Positions 17,073 through 34,656 of a stretch of DNA of 64,000 nt are shown here, in pieces. The notes under the pieces were generated by a model. The model did no database searches, was not told where the DNA came from, and worked only from the letters and a program-made list of their open reading frames with translations. This DNA is from the human T2T-CHM13v2.0 reference genome, Homo sapiens. Made by a program: the position numbers and the translations under genes. Position 1 is the first letter of the stretch. Every line of letters begins with the position of its first letter. The stretch lies in assembly GCF_009914755.1 (NCBI RefSeq), contig NC_060939.1; one strand, 5' to 3'.

Positions 17073-17126
<54 letters not shown>

Positions 17127-17169
17127 ACTCTCTGTGTGTATCTTCTGTCTTACTCTCCTTCTCTGCCTG

Positions 17170-17203
<34 letters not shown>

Positions 17204-17532
17204 CCTTTCTGTCTCTCTCTCTCTCTGTCCCTCTCTCTTTCTGTCTGTTCCTCTCTCTCTCTCTGTCTCTGTCTTTCTCTGTCTGTCTGCCTCTCTCTTT
17301 CTTTCTCTTTCTGTGTCTCTCTGTCTCTCTCTCTGTGCCTATCTTCTGTCTTACTCTCTTTCTCTGCCTGCCTGCCTGTCTGTCTGTCTGTCTCTCTCTG
17401 TCTCTCTCCCTGCCTTTCTGTTTCTCTCTCTCTCCCTCTCTCGCTCTCTCTGTCTTTCTCTCTTTCTCTCTGTTTCTCTGTCTCTCTCTGTCCGTCTCTG
17501 TCTTTTTCTGTCTGTCTCTCTCTTTCTTTCTG

Positions 17533-17565
<33 letters not shown>

Positions 17566-17661
17566 GCTTGTCTCTCTCACTGTGTCTGTCCTCTGTCTTA
17601 CTCTCCTTCTCTGCCTGTCCGTCTGTCTGTCTGTCTCTCTCTCTCTCCCTCCCTTTCTGTT

Positions 17662-17706
<45 letters not shown>

Positions 17707-18627
17707 GTTTCTCTTTCTCTCTCTGTCTGTCTCTGTCTTTCTCTGTCTGTCTCTTTCTCTGTCTGTCTGTCTCCTTCTCTCTGTCTCCGTCTCTGTCTCT
17801 CTCTCTCTGTCTCTCTCTCTCTGCCTGTCTCACTGTGTCTGTCTTCTGTCTTATTCTCTTTCTCTGTCTGTCTGTCTCTCTCTCTCCCTTCCTGTCTCTT
17901 TCTCTCTCTCTCTCTCTTTCTGTCTGTTTCTCTCTGCCTGTCTCCGTCTTTCTCTGTCTGCCTCTCTCTTTCTTTTTCTGCGTCTCTCTGTCTCTCTCTC
18001 TCTGTGCCTATCTTCTGTCTTACTCTGTTTCTCTGCCTGCCTGTCTGTCTGTCTGTCTCTCTCTCTCTCTGTCTCTCTCTCTTTCTGTCTGTTTCTCTCT
18101 GTCTCTCTGTCCATCTCTGTCTTTCTCTGTCCGTCTCTCTCTTTCTCCCTGTCTCTGTCTCTGCCTCTGCCTCTCTCTCTCTCTGTCTCTCTCTTTCTAT
18201 CTGTTTCTCTCTGTCTCTCTGTCCATCTCTGTCTTTCTCTGTCTGTCTCTCTCTTTCTCCCTGTCTCTGTCTCTGCCTCTCTCTCTCTCTGTCTGTCTCT
18301 CTCACTGTGTGTGTGTCTCTGTCTCTGCCTCTCTCTCTCTCTCTCTCTCTCTCTGTCTGTCTCTCTCACTGTGTGTGTCTGTCTTCTGTCTTACTCTCCT
18401 TCTCTGCCTGTCCGTCTGTCTGTCTGTCTCTCCCTCTCTCTCCCTCCCTTTCTGTTTCTCTCTCTCTCTCTCTCTCTTTCTGTCTGTTTCTCTCTTTCTC
18501 TCTCTGTCTGTCTCTTTCTCTGTCTGTCTGTCTCTCTCTTTCTTTTTCTCTGTCTCTCTGTCTCTCTCTGTGCCTGTCTCTCTGTCTGTGCCTATCTTCT
18601 GTCTTACTCTCTTTCTCTGGCTGACTG

Positions 18628-18666
<39 letters not shown>

Positions 18667-18767
18667 GTCTCCGTCCCTCCCTCCCTGTCTGTCTGTTTCT
18701 CTCTCTGTCCATTTCTGTCTGTCTCTTTCTCTTTCTCTCTCTTTCTTTCTCTCTGTCTCTCTCTGTC

Positions 18768-18816
<49 letters not shown>

Positions 18817-19024
18817 CTCTCTCACTGTGTCGGTCTTCTGTCTTACTCTCTTTCTCTGCCTGCCTCTCTGTCTGTCTGTCTGTCTCTCTCCCTCCATGTC
18901 TCTCTCTCTCTCTCTCTCACTCACTGTCTCTCCGTCTCTCTCTCTTTCTGTCTGTTTCTCTCTGTCTCTGTCTTTCTGTGTGTCTGTCTGTCTCTCTCTC
19001 TATTTGTCTTTCTCCCTCCCTGTC

Positions 19025-19069
<45 letters not shown>

Positions 19070-19140
19070 GTCTGTTTCTCTCTATCTCTCGCTGTCCATC
19101 TCTGTCTTTCTATGTCTGTCTCTTTCTCTGTCAGTCTGTC
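16490..19140 (+). repeat. CT/CTGT-rich low-complexity block of LR1
   Basis: ~2.65 kb almost devoid of A on the + strand. Confidence 0.95.
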
Positions 19141-19394
19141 AGACACCCCCGTGCCGGGTAGGGCCCTGCCCCTTCCACGAAAGTGAGAAGCGCGTGCTTC
19201 GGTGCTTAGAGAGGCCGAGAGGAATCTAGACAGGCGGGCCTTGCTGGGCTTCCCCACTCGGTGTATGATTTCGGGAGGTCGAGGCCGGGTCCCCGCTTGG
19301 ATGCGAGGGGCATTTTCAGACTTTTCTCTCGGTCACGTGTGGCGTCCGTACTTCTCCTATTTCCCCGATAAGCTCCTCGACTTCAACATAAACG

Positions 19395-23950
<4,556 letters not shown>

Positions 23951-23956
23951 TGTGAA

Positions 23957-24165
23957 GGCCGGACGCAACACGGCGAAACCCCGTCTCTACTAAAAATACA
24001 AAGCTGAGTCGGGAGCGGTGGGGCAGGCCCCTGTAATGCCAGCTCCTCGGGAGGCTGAGGCGGGAGAATCGCTTGAACCAGGGAAGCGGAGGCTGCAGGG
24101 AGCCGAGATCGCGCCACTGCACTACGGCCCAGGCTGTAGAGTGAGTGAGACTCGGTCTCTAAATA
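23957..24165 (+). mobile_element. Alu with large left-arm deletion
   Basis: GGCCGGACGC|AACACGGCGAAACCCCGTCTCTACTAAAAATACAAA...GAGTGAGACTCGGTCTC. Confidence 0.85.
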
Positions 24166-24239
24166 AATACGGAAATTAATTAATTCATTAATTCTTTTCC
24201 CTGCTGACGGACATTTGCAGGCAGGCATCGGTTGTCTTC

Positions 24240-24258
24240 GGGCATCACCTAGCGGCCA
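24240..24258 (-). promoter_or_regulatory. CTCF-like motif (IGS ~28-30 kb region)
   Basis: Minus strand TGGCCGCTAGGTGATGCCC vs CTCF consensus TGGCCACCAGGGGGCGCTA; upstream TTCAATAAC resembles the ZF9-11 U-motif. Confidence 0.6.
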
Positions 24259-25364
24259 CTGTTATTGAAAGTCGACGTGACACGGAGGGAGGTCTCGCCG
24301 ACTTCACCGAGCCTGGGGCAACGGGTTTCTCTCTCTCCCTTCTGGAGGCCCCTCCCTCTCTCCCTCGTTGCCTAGGGAACCTCGCCTAGGGAACCTCCGC
24401 CCTGGCGGGGGCCCTATTGTTCTTTGATCGGCGCTTTACTTTTCTTTGTGTTTTGGCGCCTAGACTCTTCTACTTGGGCTTTGGGAAGGGTCAGTTTAAT
24501 TTTCAAGTTGCCCCCCGGCTCCCCCCACTACCCACGTCCCTTCACCTTAATTTAGTGAGTCGGTTAGGTGGGTTTCCCCCAAACCGCCCCCCCCCCCCCC
24601 GCCTCCCAACACCCTGCTTGGAAACCTTCCAGAGCCACCCCGGTGTGCCTCCGTCTTCTCTCCCCTTCCCCCACCCCTTGCCGGCGATCTCATTCTTGCC
24701 AGGCTGACATTTGCATCGGTGGGCGTCAGGCCTCACTCGGGGGCCACCGTTTTTGAAGATGGGGGCGGCACGGTCCCACTTCCCCGGAGGCAGCTTGGGC
24801 CGATGGCATAGCCCCTTGACCCGCGTGGGCAAGCGGGCGGGTCTGCAGTTGTGAGGCTTTTCCCCCCGCTGCTTCCCGCCTCAGGCCTCCCTCCCTAGGA
24901 AAGCTTCACCCTGGCTGGGTCTCGGTCACCTTTTATCACGATGTTTTAGTTTCTCCGCCCTCCGGCCAGCAGAGTTTCACAATGCGAAGGGCGCCACGGC
25001 TCTAGTCTGGGCCTTCTCAGTACTTGCCCAAAATAGAAACGCTTTCTGAAAACTAATAACTTTGCTCACTTAAGATTTCCAGGGACGGCGCCTTGGCCCG
25101 TGTTTGTTGGCTTGTTTTGTTTCGTTCTGTTTTGTTTTGTTCGTGTTTTTCCTTTCTCGTATGTCTTTCTTTTCAGGTGAAGTAGAAATCCCCAGTTTTC
25201 AGGAAGACGTCTATTTTCCCCAAGACACGTTAGCTGCCGTTTTTTCCTGTTGTGAACTAGCGCTTTTGTGACTCTCTCAACGTGCAGTGAGAGCCGGTTG
25301 ATGTTTACTATCCTTCATCATGACATCTTATTTTCTAGAAATCCGTAGGCGAATGCTGCTGCTG

Positions 25365-25440
25365 CTCTTGTTGCTGTTGTTGTTGTTGTTGTTGTCGTCG
25401 TTGCTGTTGTCGTTGTCGTTGTTGTTGTCGTTGTCGTTGT
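25365..25440. repeat. (GTT/GTC)n imperfect trinucleotide repeat
   Basis: Direct inspection. Confidence 0.9.
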
Positions 25441-25519
25441 TTTCAAAGTATACCCCGGCCACCGTTTATGGGATCAAAAGCATTATAAAATATGTGTGAT
25501 TATTTCTTGAGCACGCCCT

Positions 25520-26114
25520 TCCTCCCCCTCTCTCTGTCTCTCTGTCTGTCTCTGTCTCTCTCTTTCTCTGTCTGTCTTCTCTCTCTCTCTCTCTCTGTGT
25601 CTCTCTCTCTCTGCCTGTCTGTTTCTCTCTCTCTGCCTCTCTCTCTCTCTCTCTCTCTGCCTGTCTCTCTCACTGTGTCTGTCTTCTGTCTTACTCCCTT
25701 TCTCTGTCTGTCTGTCGGTCTCTCTCTCTCTCTCTCCCTGTCTGTATGTTTCTCTCTGTCTCTGTCTCTCTCTCTCTTTCTGTTTCTCTCTCTCCGTCTC
25801 TGTCTTTCTCTGACTGTCTCTCTCTTTCCTTCTCTCTGTCTCTCTCTGCCTGTCTCTCTCACTCTGTCTTCTGTCTTACTCTCTCTCTCTGCCTGCCTGT
25901 CTCTCTCACTCTCTCTCTCTGTGTGTCTCTCTCTCTCTTTCTGTTTCTCTCTGTCTCTCTGTCCGTCTCTGTCTTTCTCTGTCTGTCTCTTTGTCTGTCT
26001 GTCTTTGTCTTTCCTTCTCTCTGTCTCTGTCTCTCTCACTGTGTCTGTCTTCTGTCTTAGTCTCTCTCTCTCTCTCTCCCTGTCTGTCTGTCTCTCTCTC
26101 TCTCTCCCCCTGTC

Positions 26115-26159
<45 letters not shown>

Positions 26160-26432
26160 TTGTCTTTCTTTCTGTCTCTGTCTCTCTCTCTCTCTCTGTG
26201 TGTCTGTCTTCTGTCTTACTGTCTTTCTCTGCCTGTCTGTCTGTCTGTCTCTCTCTGTCTGTCTCTCTCTCTCTCTCCCCCCTGTCGGCTGTTTCTCTGT
26301 CTCTGTCTGTGTCTCTCTTTCTGTCTGTTTCTCTCTGTCTGTCTTTCTCTCTCTGTCTCTTTCTCTCTGTCTCTCTGTCTGTCTCTGTCTCTCTCTCTGT
26401 CTCTCTCTCTCTGTGGGGGGGTGTGTGTGTGT

Positions 26433-26469
<37 letters not shown>

Positions 26470-26720
26470 TGCCTTCTGTCTTACTCTCTTTCTCTGCCTG
26501 TCTGTCTGCCTGTCTGTTTGTCTCTCTCTCTCTGCCTGTCTCTCTCCCTTCCTGTCTGTTTCTCTCTCTTTCTGTTTCTCTCTGTCTCTGTCCATCTCTG
26601 TCTTTCTCCGTCTGTCTCTTTATCTGTCTCTCTCCGTCTGTCTCTTTATCTGTCTCTCTCTCTCTTTCTGTCTTTCTCTCTCTGTGTATCGTTGTCTCTC
26701 TCTGTCTGTCTCTGTCTCTG

Positions 26721-26753
<33 letters not shown>

Positions 26754-26810
26754 GTCTGTCTGTCCGTCTGTCTGTCTCGGTCTCTGGCTCTCGCTATCTC
26801 CCGCCCTCTC
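25520..26810 (+). repeat. Third CT-rich block (in the IGS region known to give pyrimidine-rich stress/PNCTR-type ncRNA)
   Basis: CT/CTGT low complexity with the same anchor motifs as the LR blocks; ncRNA link is from background knowledge, not shown by the sequence. Confidence 0.85.
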
Positions 26811-27829
26811 TTTTTTTGCAAAAGAAGCTCAAGTACATCTAATCTAATCCCTTACCAAGGCCTGAATTCTTCACTTCTGACATCCCAGATTTGATCTCCC
26901 TACAGAATGCTGTACAGAACTGGCGAGTTGATTTCTGGACTTGGATACCTCATAGAAACTACATATGAATAAAGATCCAATCCTAAAATCTGGGGTGGCT
27001 TCTCCCTCGACTGTCTCGAAAAATCGTACCTCTGTTCCCCTAGGATGCCGGAAGAGTTTTCTCAATGTGCATCTGCCCGTGTCCTAAGTGATCTGTGACC
27101 GAGCCCTGTCCGTCCTGTCTCAAATATGTACGTGCAAACACTTCTCTCCATTTCCACAACTACCCACGGCCCCTTGTGGAACCACTGGCTCTTTGAAAAA
27201 AATCCCAGAAGTGGTTTTGGCTTTTTGGCTAGGAGGCCTAAGCCTGCTGAGAACTTTCCTGCCCAGGATCCTGTGTGACCAAAAGTGCCTCTGCTGGGAG
27301 CTGGGATCCTCGGGACCATGCTTGCTAGCGCTGGATGAGTCTCTGGAAGGACGCACGGGACTCCGCAAAGCTGACCTGTCCCACCGAGGTCAAATGGATA
27401 CCTCTGCATTGGCCCGAGGCCTCCGAAGTACATCACCGTCACCAACCGTCACCGTCAGCATCCTTGTGAGCCTGCCCAAGGCCCCGCCTCCGGGGAGACT
27501 CTTGGGAGCCCGGCCTTCGTCGGCTAAAGTCCAAAGGGATGGTGACTTCCACCCACAAGGTCCCCACTGAACGGCGAAGATGTGGAGCGTAGGTCAGAGA
27601 GGGGACCAGGAGGGGAGACGTCCCGACAGGCGACGAGTTCCCAAGGCTCTGGCCACCCCACCCACGCCCCACGCCCCACGTCCCGGGCACCCGCGGGACA
27701 CCGCCGCTTTATCCCCTCCTCTGTCCACAGCCGGCCCCACCCCACCACGCAACCCACGCACACACGCTGGAGGTTCCAAAACCACACGGTGTGACTAGAG
27801 CCTGACGGAGCGAGAGCCCATTTCACGAG

Positions 27830-27870
27830 GTGGGAGGGGTGGGGGTGGGGTGGGTTGGGGGTTGTGGGGT
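27830..27870 (+). other. G-quadruplex motif
   Basis: GGGAGGGGTGGGGGTGGGGTGGGTTGGGGGTTGTGGGG. Confidence 0.75.
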
Positions 27871-28096
27871 CTGTGGCGAGCCCGATTCTCCCTCTTGGGT
27901 GGCTACAGGCTAGAAATGAATATCGCTTCTTGGGCGGAGGGGCTTCCTTAGGCCATCACCGCTTGCGGGACTACCTCTCAAACCCTCCCTTGAGGCCACA
28001 AAATAGATTCCACCCCACCCATCGACGTTTCCCCCGGGTGCTGGATGTATCCTGTCAAGAGACCTGAGCCTGACACCGTCGAATTAAACACCTTGA

Positions 28097-28303
<207 letters not shown>

Positions 28304-28376
28304 CTCTTTCATTGGTTTTCACTGGAGATTCTAGATTCGAGCCACACCTCATTCCGTGCCACAGAGAGACTTCTTT

Positions 28377-31300
28377 TTTTTTTTTTTTTTAAGCGCAACG
28401 CAACATGTCTGCCTTATTTGAGTGGCTTCCTATATCATTATAATTGTGTTATAGATGAAGAAACGGTATTAAACACTGTGCTAATGATAGTGAAAGTGAA
28501 GACAAAAGAAAGGCTATCTATTTTGTGGTTAGAATAAAGTTGCTCAGTATTTAGAGCTACCTAAATACGTCAGCATTTACACTCTTCCTAGTAAAAGCTG
28601 GCCAATCTGAATAATCCTCCTTTAAACAAACACAATTTTTGATAGGGTTAAGATTTTTTTAAGAATGCGACTCCTGCAAAATAGCTGAACAGACGATACA
28701 CATTTAAAAAAATAACAACACAAGGATCAACCAGACTTGGGAAAAAATCGAAAACCACACAAGTCTTATGAAGAACTGAGTTCTTAAAATAGGACGGAGA
28801 ACGTAGCTATCGGAAGAGAAGGCAGTATTGGCAAGTTGATTGTTACGTTGGTCAGCAGTAGCTGGCACTATCTTTTTGGCCATCTTTCGGGCAATGTAAC
28901 TACTACAGCAAAATGAGATATGATCCATGAAACAACATATTCGCAAATCAAAAAGTGTTTCAGTAATATAATGCTTCAGATTTAGAAGCAAATCAAATGA
29001 TAGAACTCCACTGCTGTAATAAGTCACCCCAAAGATCACCGTATCTGACAAAATAACTACCACAGGGTTATGACTTCAGAATCATACTTTCTCTTGATAT
29101 TTACTTATGTATGTATTTATTTTTTTTAATTTATTTCTCTTGAGACGGCGTCTCGCTCTGTCGCCCAGGCTGGAGTGCGATGGTGTGATCTCGGCTCACT
29201 GCAACCGCCACCTCCCTGGGTTCAAGCGATTCTCCTGCCTCAGCCTCCCGAGTAGCTGGGACTACAGGTGCCCGCCACCACGCCCAGCTAATCTTTATAC
29301 TTTTAATAGAGACGGGGTTTCACCGTGTCGGCCCGGATGGTCTCGATCTCTTGACCTCGTGACCCGCCCGCCTCGGCCTCCCAAAGTGCTGGGATGACAG
29401 GCGTGAGCCACTGAGCCCGGCCTTCTCTTGACGTTTAAACTATGAAGTCAGTCCAGAGAAACGCAATAAATGTCAACGGTGAGGATGGTGTTGAGGCAGA
29501 AGTAGGACCACACTTTTTCCTATCTTATTCAGTTGATAACAATATGACCTAGGTAGTAATTTCCTATGTGCCTACTTATACACGAGTACAAAAGAGTAAA
29601 ACAGAGAGACTGCTAAATTAAAGGGTACGTGAAGTTCTTCATAGTAACTCCGTAAACTGGAACACTGTCAAAAAGCAGCAGCTAGTGAATTGTTTCCATG
29701 TATTTTTCTATTATCCAATAAGTGAACTATGCTATTCCTTTCCAGTCTCCCAAGCACTTCTTGTCCCCATCACCACTTCGGTGCTCGAAGAAAAAGTAAC
29801 AAATCAAGGAACACAACTAAAGAAACACACACACAAACCAAAGACAACTACAGCGTCTGCAAAAGTTTGCTAGAAGACTGAAACTGTTGAGTATAAGGAT
29901 CTGGTATTCTACGATGATCATGAGTTCACTTCAGAGTTTGTTCAAGACATACGTTTCGTAAGGAAACATCTTAGTTAGAAGTTATTCAGCAGTAGGTACC
30001 ATCCCTAAGTATTTTTCACCAAATTCGTGACAATAAAGAGCTATCTAACCAGAAAAATTAGCGAGTACCGGCACCATCCATAGGGCTTTGTCTTTACGCT
30101 TCATTAGCACTTACCATGCCTTACAATGTCTAGGATTGACCCTGATAGCATTTCGAAAACAAGCTAATGCTTTGTCCAGTTCTTCAGTGAAGACAAGCTC
30201 ACGCCCTAATGCGCTATAGGCATAAGCATCATTTGGATCCACTTCGAGAGTTCTCTGGAAGAATTGAATCGCAATATCGTGTTCCCGTTGCAGACCGAAA
30301 CAGTTCCCTGCAGCACACCAGGCCTCTGGCTGGCGAATTTTTATCCATGTCTGTGAAGTCTTTGGACAGAACTGAAAGAGCAACCTCTTTCGGAGGATGC
30401 CAAAGTGTTGTAGAGTAGATCTCCATGCCTTCGACTCTGTAATTCTCAATCCTCCTAACCTCTGAGAATTGTCTTTCAGCTTGCGTGGACTCTGAAAGTT
30501 TACAATAGGCCCTTCCGATTTGGCACAGTACCCAACCGGTATTGCAGTGGTGAGAAGCTAGATGGCTCAAGATGCTGATAGCTTCTTTGCCGTGGTAAGA
30601 ACACAAAGCTAAATAACCTTTCCCCCTTTCACGAAGAAGGCTCATCAAGCCTTCCGCTGCTGCTTTTTGTAGATTAAAAGCCTGAATCTGAGGCGCGATT
30701 GCGGCTATTTTCCCTTCTGAAATGACGGAAGAGTCCAATTTTGTCACTTCCAGGCTATCACTTATGTTCGGTGGAGTTATTGCTCCTTTATTAGTTTTAC
30801 TTTTGGTTCTTCTGTTTGGGATTTTAGGTGGAAACTTCATTTTTAATTTTCTCCTATTCTCCTCGGTTGTGGAGCTGTCACTAGTCAAGAGTCGTGAATT
30901 TCTTCGAGGCGGTGCATTTGGGGGAGATGCCATAGTGGGGCTCAATACCTGAGGTGTTGCCCTTGTCGGCGGACCAGAACTTTGTGTTTTTGCAAGGACT
31001 GGAGTTACCTTTCGGCTCTTTCCCCTCTGCGAGAAGACAGACGGTGTTCCGGTTTGGCCGATTCTGGCAACAGGCTTTTTTGAAGGGGCTCCGGTGGATG
31101 GCACGTCAATGACAGACGGTGTCTCATACCAGTGCAGTTTTGTCAATAGGGTCCGTCTCCGGGACTTGGGGTTTCTAATGGCAAAATGCCAACACTTGGG
31201 GTTAATGGACTAACAGCTGCTGGTCCTCCTAATAAACTTCGACCAGTTTTTGGTTTATGTTGAACCTGTTTAGATCATATGGAAGTTCCTGTTCCCAGTG

Positions 31301-32171
31301 GGACAGTATCAGGTGAAAGGACAGCTGAATCGATAGAAGACACTGGGGAGTCTGTATTCAAGGAGTACTTTGAATTGGAAGATTCTAAATTCCATCCGTT
31401 TCATTCGACGGTGTCCTGGGGTGTTTCCGTAAGAACGGTCTCGGGCTGTCTGTGACATAAACTAGGACGAGGTCCAAGTGTTGTGGCGCAACACTTGGAC
31501 AGGCAGTTGCTAAAGCTCTCTAGAGAGGTGAATCAAAATGTTTGGTCAGGATCTGGCTTTTCCCCCCTATTTCACATCATGATTCAAAGGGACACCAGAG
31601 GAAAGGATTTCAACGAAGGCTCTTTTGGTCACATTCTGATCCTTTGGTAAGCCGATCTGTCTTGCAATATACATGTCCCGACGATGGAAGGGGAAAGCGA
31701 GCTGAATCACCAAACTCAGGAACGATAATATCATCGTGGCTTTTCTGCTTATGAAACACTCCACCCGATAAGATTTGATCCCCTTCTGCAAGCTTGCTGA
31801 GATCAACACAACATTTCGCAAGCAGGCATTTGCATTGCGGGGTAGTACAACTGTGTCCTTTCAAGAGTCTATATGTTTTATAGGCCTTTCCTGAGCGGTA
31901 AGAACAGGTCGCCAGTAAGAACAAGGCTTCTTCTGAGTGTACTTCTGCATAAAGGCGTTCTGCGGGGGAAACCGCATCTCGGTAGGCATAGTGGTTTAGT
32001 GCTTGCCATATAGCAGCCTGGACGGGTCCCTGCAGCACCGCCATCCTCGAGGCTCAGGCCCACTTTCTGCAGTGCCACAGGCACCCCCCCCCCCATAGCG
32101 GCTCCGGCCCGGCCAGCCCCGGCTCATTTAAAGGCACCAGCCGCCGTTACCGGGGGATGGGGGAGTCCGAG
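28377..32171 (-). pseudogene. CDC27P: CDC27 (APC3) processed pseudogene; coding homology 30115-32044, frameshifted, lacking the C-terminal exons
   Basis: Fragments MAVLQGPVQAAIWQALNHYAYRDAV..., LQKAAAEGLMSLLRE...YSTTLWH, PEAWCAAGNCFGLQREHDIAIQFFQR...NPRHCKAW match CDC27 TPR regions with no introns; poly(A) at 28374-28390; TSD-like 28361-28376 / 32172-32187. Confidence 0.95.
29104..29422 (-). mobile_element. Full-length Alu (AluSc-like) nested in the CDC27 retrocopy 3' portion
   Basis: Complete dimer; GATGGTCTCGATCTCTTGACCTCGTG diagnostic; TSD TTCTCTTGA(TA/CG)TTTA at 29089-29103 and 29423-29437. Confidence 0.92.
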
Positions 32172-32695
32172 ACAGAATGACTTCTTTATCCTGCTGACTC
32201 TGGAAAGCCCGGCGCCTTGTGATCCATTGCAAACCGAGAGTCACCTCGTGTTTAGAACACGGATCCACTCCCAAGTTCAGTGGGGGGATGTGAGGGGTGT
32301 GGCAGGTAGGACGAAGGACTCTCTTCCTTCTGATTCGGTCTGCACAGTGGGGCCTAGGGCTGGAGCTCTCTCCGTGCGGACCGCTGACTCCCTCTACCTT
32401 GGGTTCCCTCGGCCCCACCCTGGAACGCCGGGCCTTGGCAGATTCTGGCCCTTCCTGGCCCTTCAGTCGCTGTCAGAAACCCCATCTCATGCTCGGATGC
32501 CCCGAGTGACTGTGGCTCGCACCTCTCCGGAAACATTGGAAATCTCTCCTCTACGCGCGGCCACCTGAAACCACAGGAGCTCGGGACACACGTGCTTTCG
32601 GGAGAGAATGCTGAGAGTCTCTTGCCGACTCTCTCTTGACTTGAGTTCTTCGTGGGTGCGTGGTTAAGACGTAGTGAGACCAGATGTATTAACTC

Positions 32696-32850
32696 AGGCC
32701 GGGTGCTGGTGGCTCACGCCTGTAACCCCAACACTTTGGGAGGCCGAGGCCGTAGGATCCCTCGAGGAATCGCCTAACCCTGGGGAGGTTGAGGTTGCAG
32801 TGAGTGAGCCATAGTTGTGTCACTGTGCTCCAGTCTGGGCGAAAGACAGA
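32696..32850 (+). mobile_element. Alu monomer/hybrid fragment, followed by (GGCA)n
   Basis: GGCCGGGTGCTGGTGGCTCACGCCTGTAACCCCAACACTTTGGGAGGCCGAGG. Confidence 0.8.
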
Positions 32851-32959
32851 ATGAGGCCCTGCCACAGGCAGGCAGGCAGGCAGGCAGGCAGAAAGACAAC
32901 AGCTGTATTATGTTCTTCTCAGGGTAGGAAGCAAAAATAACAGAATACAGCACTTAATT

Positions 32960-33262
<303 letters not shown>

Positions 33263-33267
33263 TACGT

Positions 33268-33659
<392 letters not shown>

Positions 33660-33714
33660 TATTTATCTATTTATTAACTTTGAGTCCAGGTTATGAAACC
33701 AGTTAGTTTTTGTA

Positions 33715-33845
33715 ATTTTTTTTTTTTTTTTTTTTTTTTGAGACGAGGTTTCACCGTGTTGCCAAGGCTTGGACCGAGGGATCCACCGGCCCTCGGCCTC
33801 CCAAAAGTGCGGGGATGACAGGCGCGAGCCTACCGCGCCCGGACC
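33715..33845 (-). mobile_element. Alu left monomer (FLAM-like)
   Basis: Poly-T, GAGACGAGGTTTCACCGTGTTGCCAAGGCT...CTCGGCCTCCCAAAAGTGC. Confidence 0.75.
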
Positions 33846-34387
33846 CCCCCTTTCCCCTTCCCCCGCTTGTCTTCCCGACAGACAGTTTCACGGCAGAGCG
33901 TTTGGCTGGCGTGCTTAAACTCATTCTAAATAGAAATTTGGGACGTCAGCTTCTGGCCTCACGGACTCTGAGCCGAGGAGTCCCCTGGTCTGTCTATCAC
34001 AGGACCGTACACGTAAGGAGGAGAAAAATCGTAACGTTCAAAGTCAGTCATTTTGTGATACAGAAATACACGGATTCACCCAAAACACAGAAAGCAGTCT
34101 TTTAGAAATGGCCTTAGCCCTGGTGTCCGTGCCAGTGATTCTTTTCGGTTTGGACCTTGACTGAGAGGATTCCCAGTCGGTCTCTCGTCTCTGGACGGAA
34201 GTTCCAGATGATCCGATGGGTGGGGGACTTAGGCTGCGTCCCCCCAGGAGCCCTGGTCGATTAGTTGTGGGGATCGCCTTGGAGGGCGCGGTGACCCACT
34301 GTGCTGTGGGAGCCTCCATCCTTCCCCCCACCCCCTCCCCAGGGGATCCCAATTCATTCCGGGCTGACACGCTCACTGGCAGGCGTC

Positions 34388-34406
34388 GGGCATCACCTAG
34401 CGGTCA
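34388..34406 (-). promoter_or_regulatory. CTCF-like motif (~5 kb upstream of TSS)
   Basis: Minus strand TGACCGCTAGGTGATGCCC. Confidence 0.6.
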
Positions 34407-34656
34407 CTGTTACTCTGAAAACGGAGGCCTCACAGAGGAAGGGAGCACCAGGCCGCCTGCGCACAGCCTGGGGCAACTGTGTCTTCTCCACCGCCCCCGC
34501 CCCCACCTCCAAGTTCCTCCCTCCCTTGTTGCCTAGGAAATCGCCACTTTGACGACCGGGTCTGATTGACCTTTGATCAGGCAAAAACGAACAAACAGAT
34601 AAATAAATAAAATAACACAAAAGTAACTAACTAAATAAAATAAGTCAATACAACCC

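Noticed and set aside
28704-29063. 119-aa hydrophobic ORF
   Set aside because: AT-rich intron-like sequence, non-ATG start, no homology recognised.
30229-31146. 305-aa CDC27-like ORF as a functional gene
   Set aside because: One of several frameshift-separated fragments with many non-conservative changes; non-ATG start; pseudogene.
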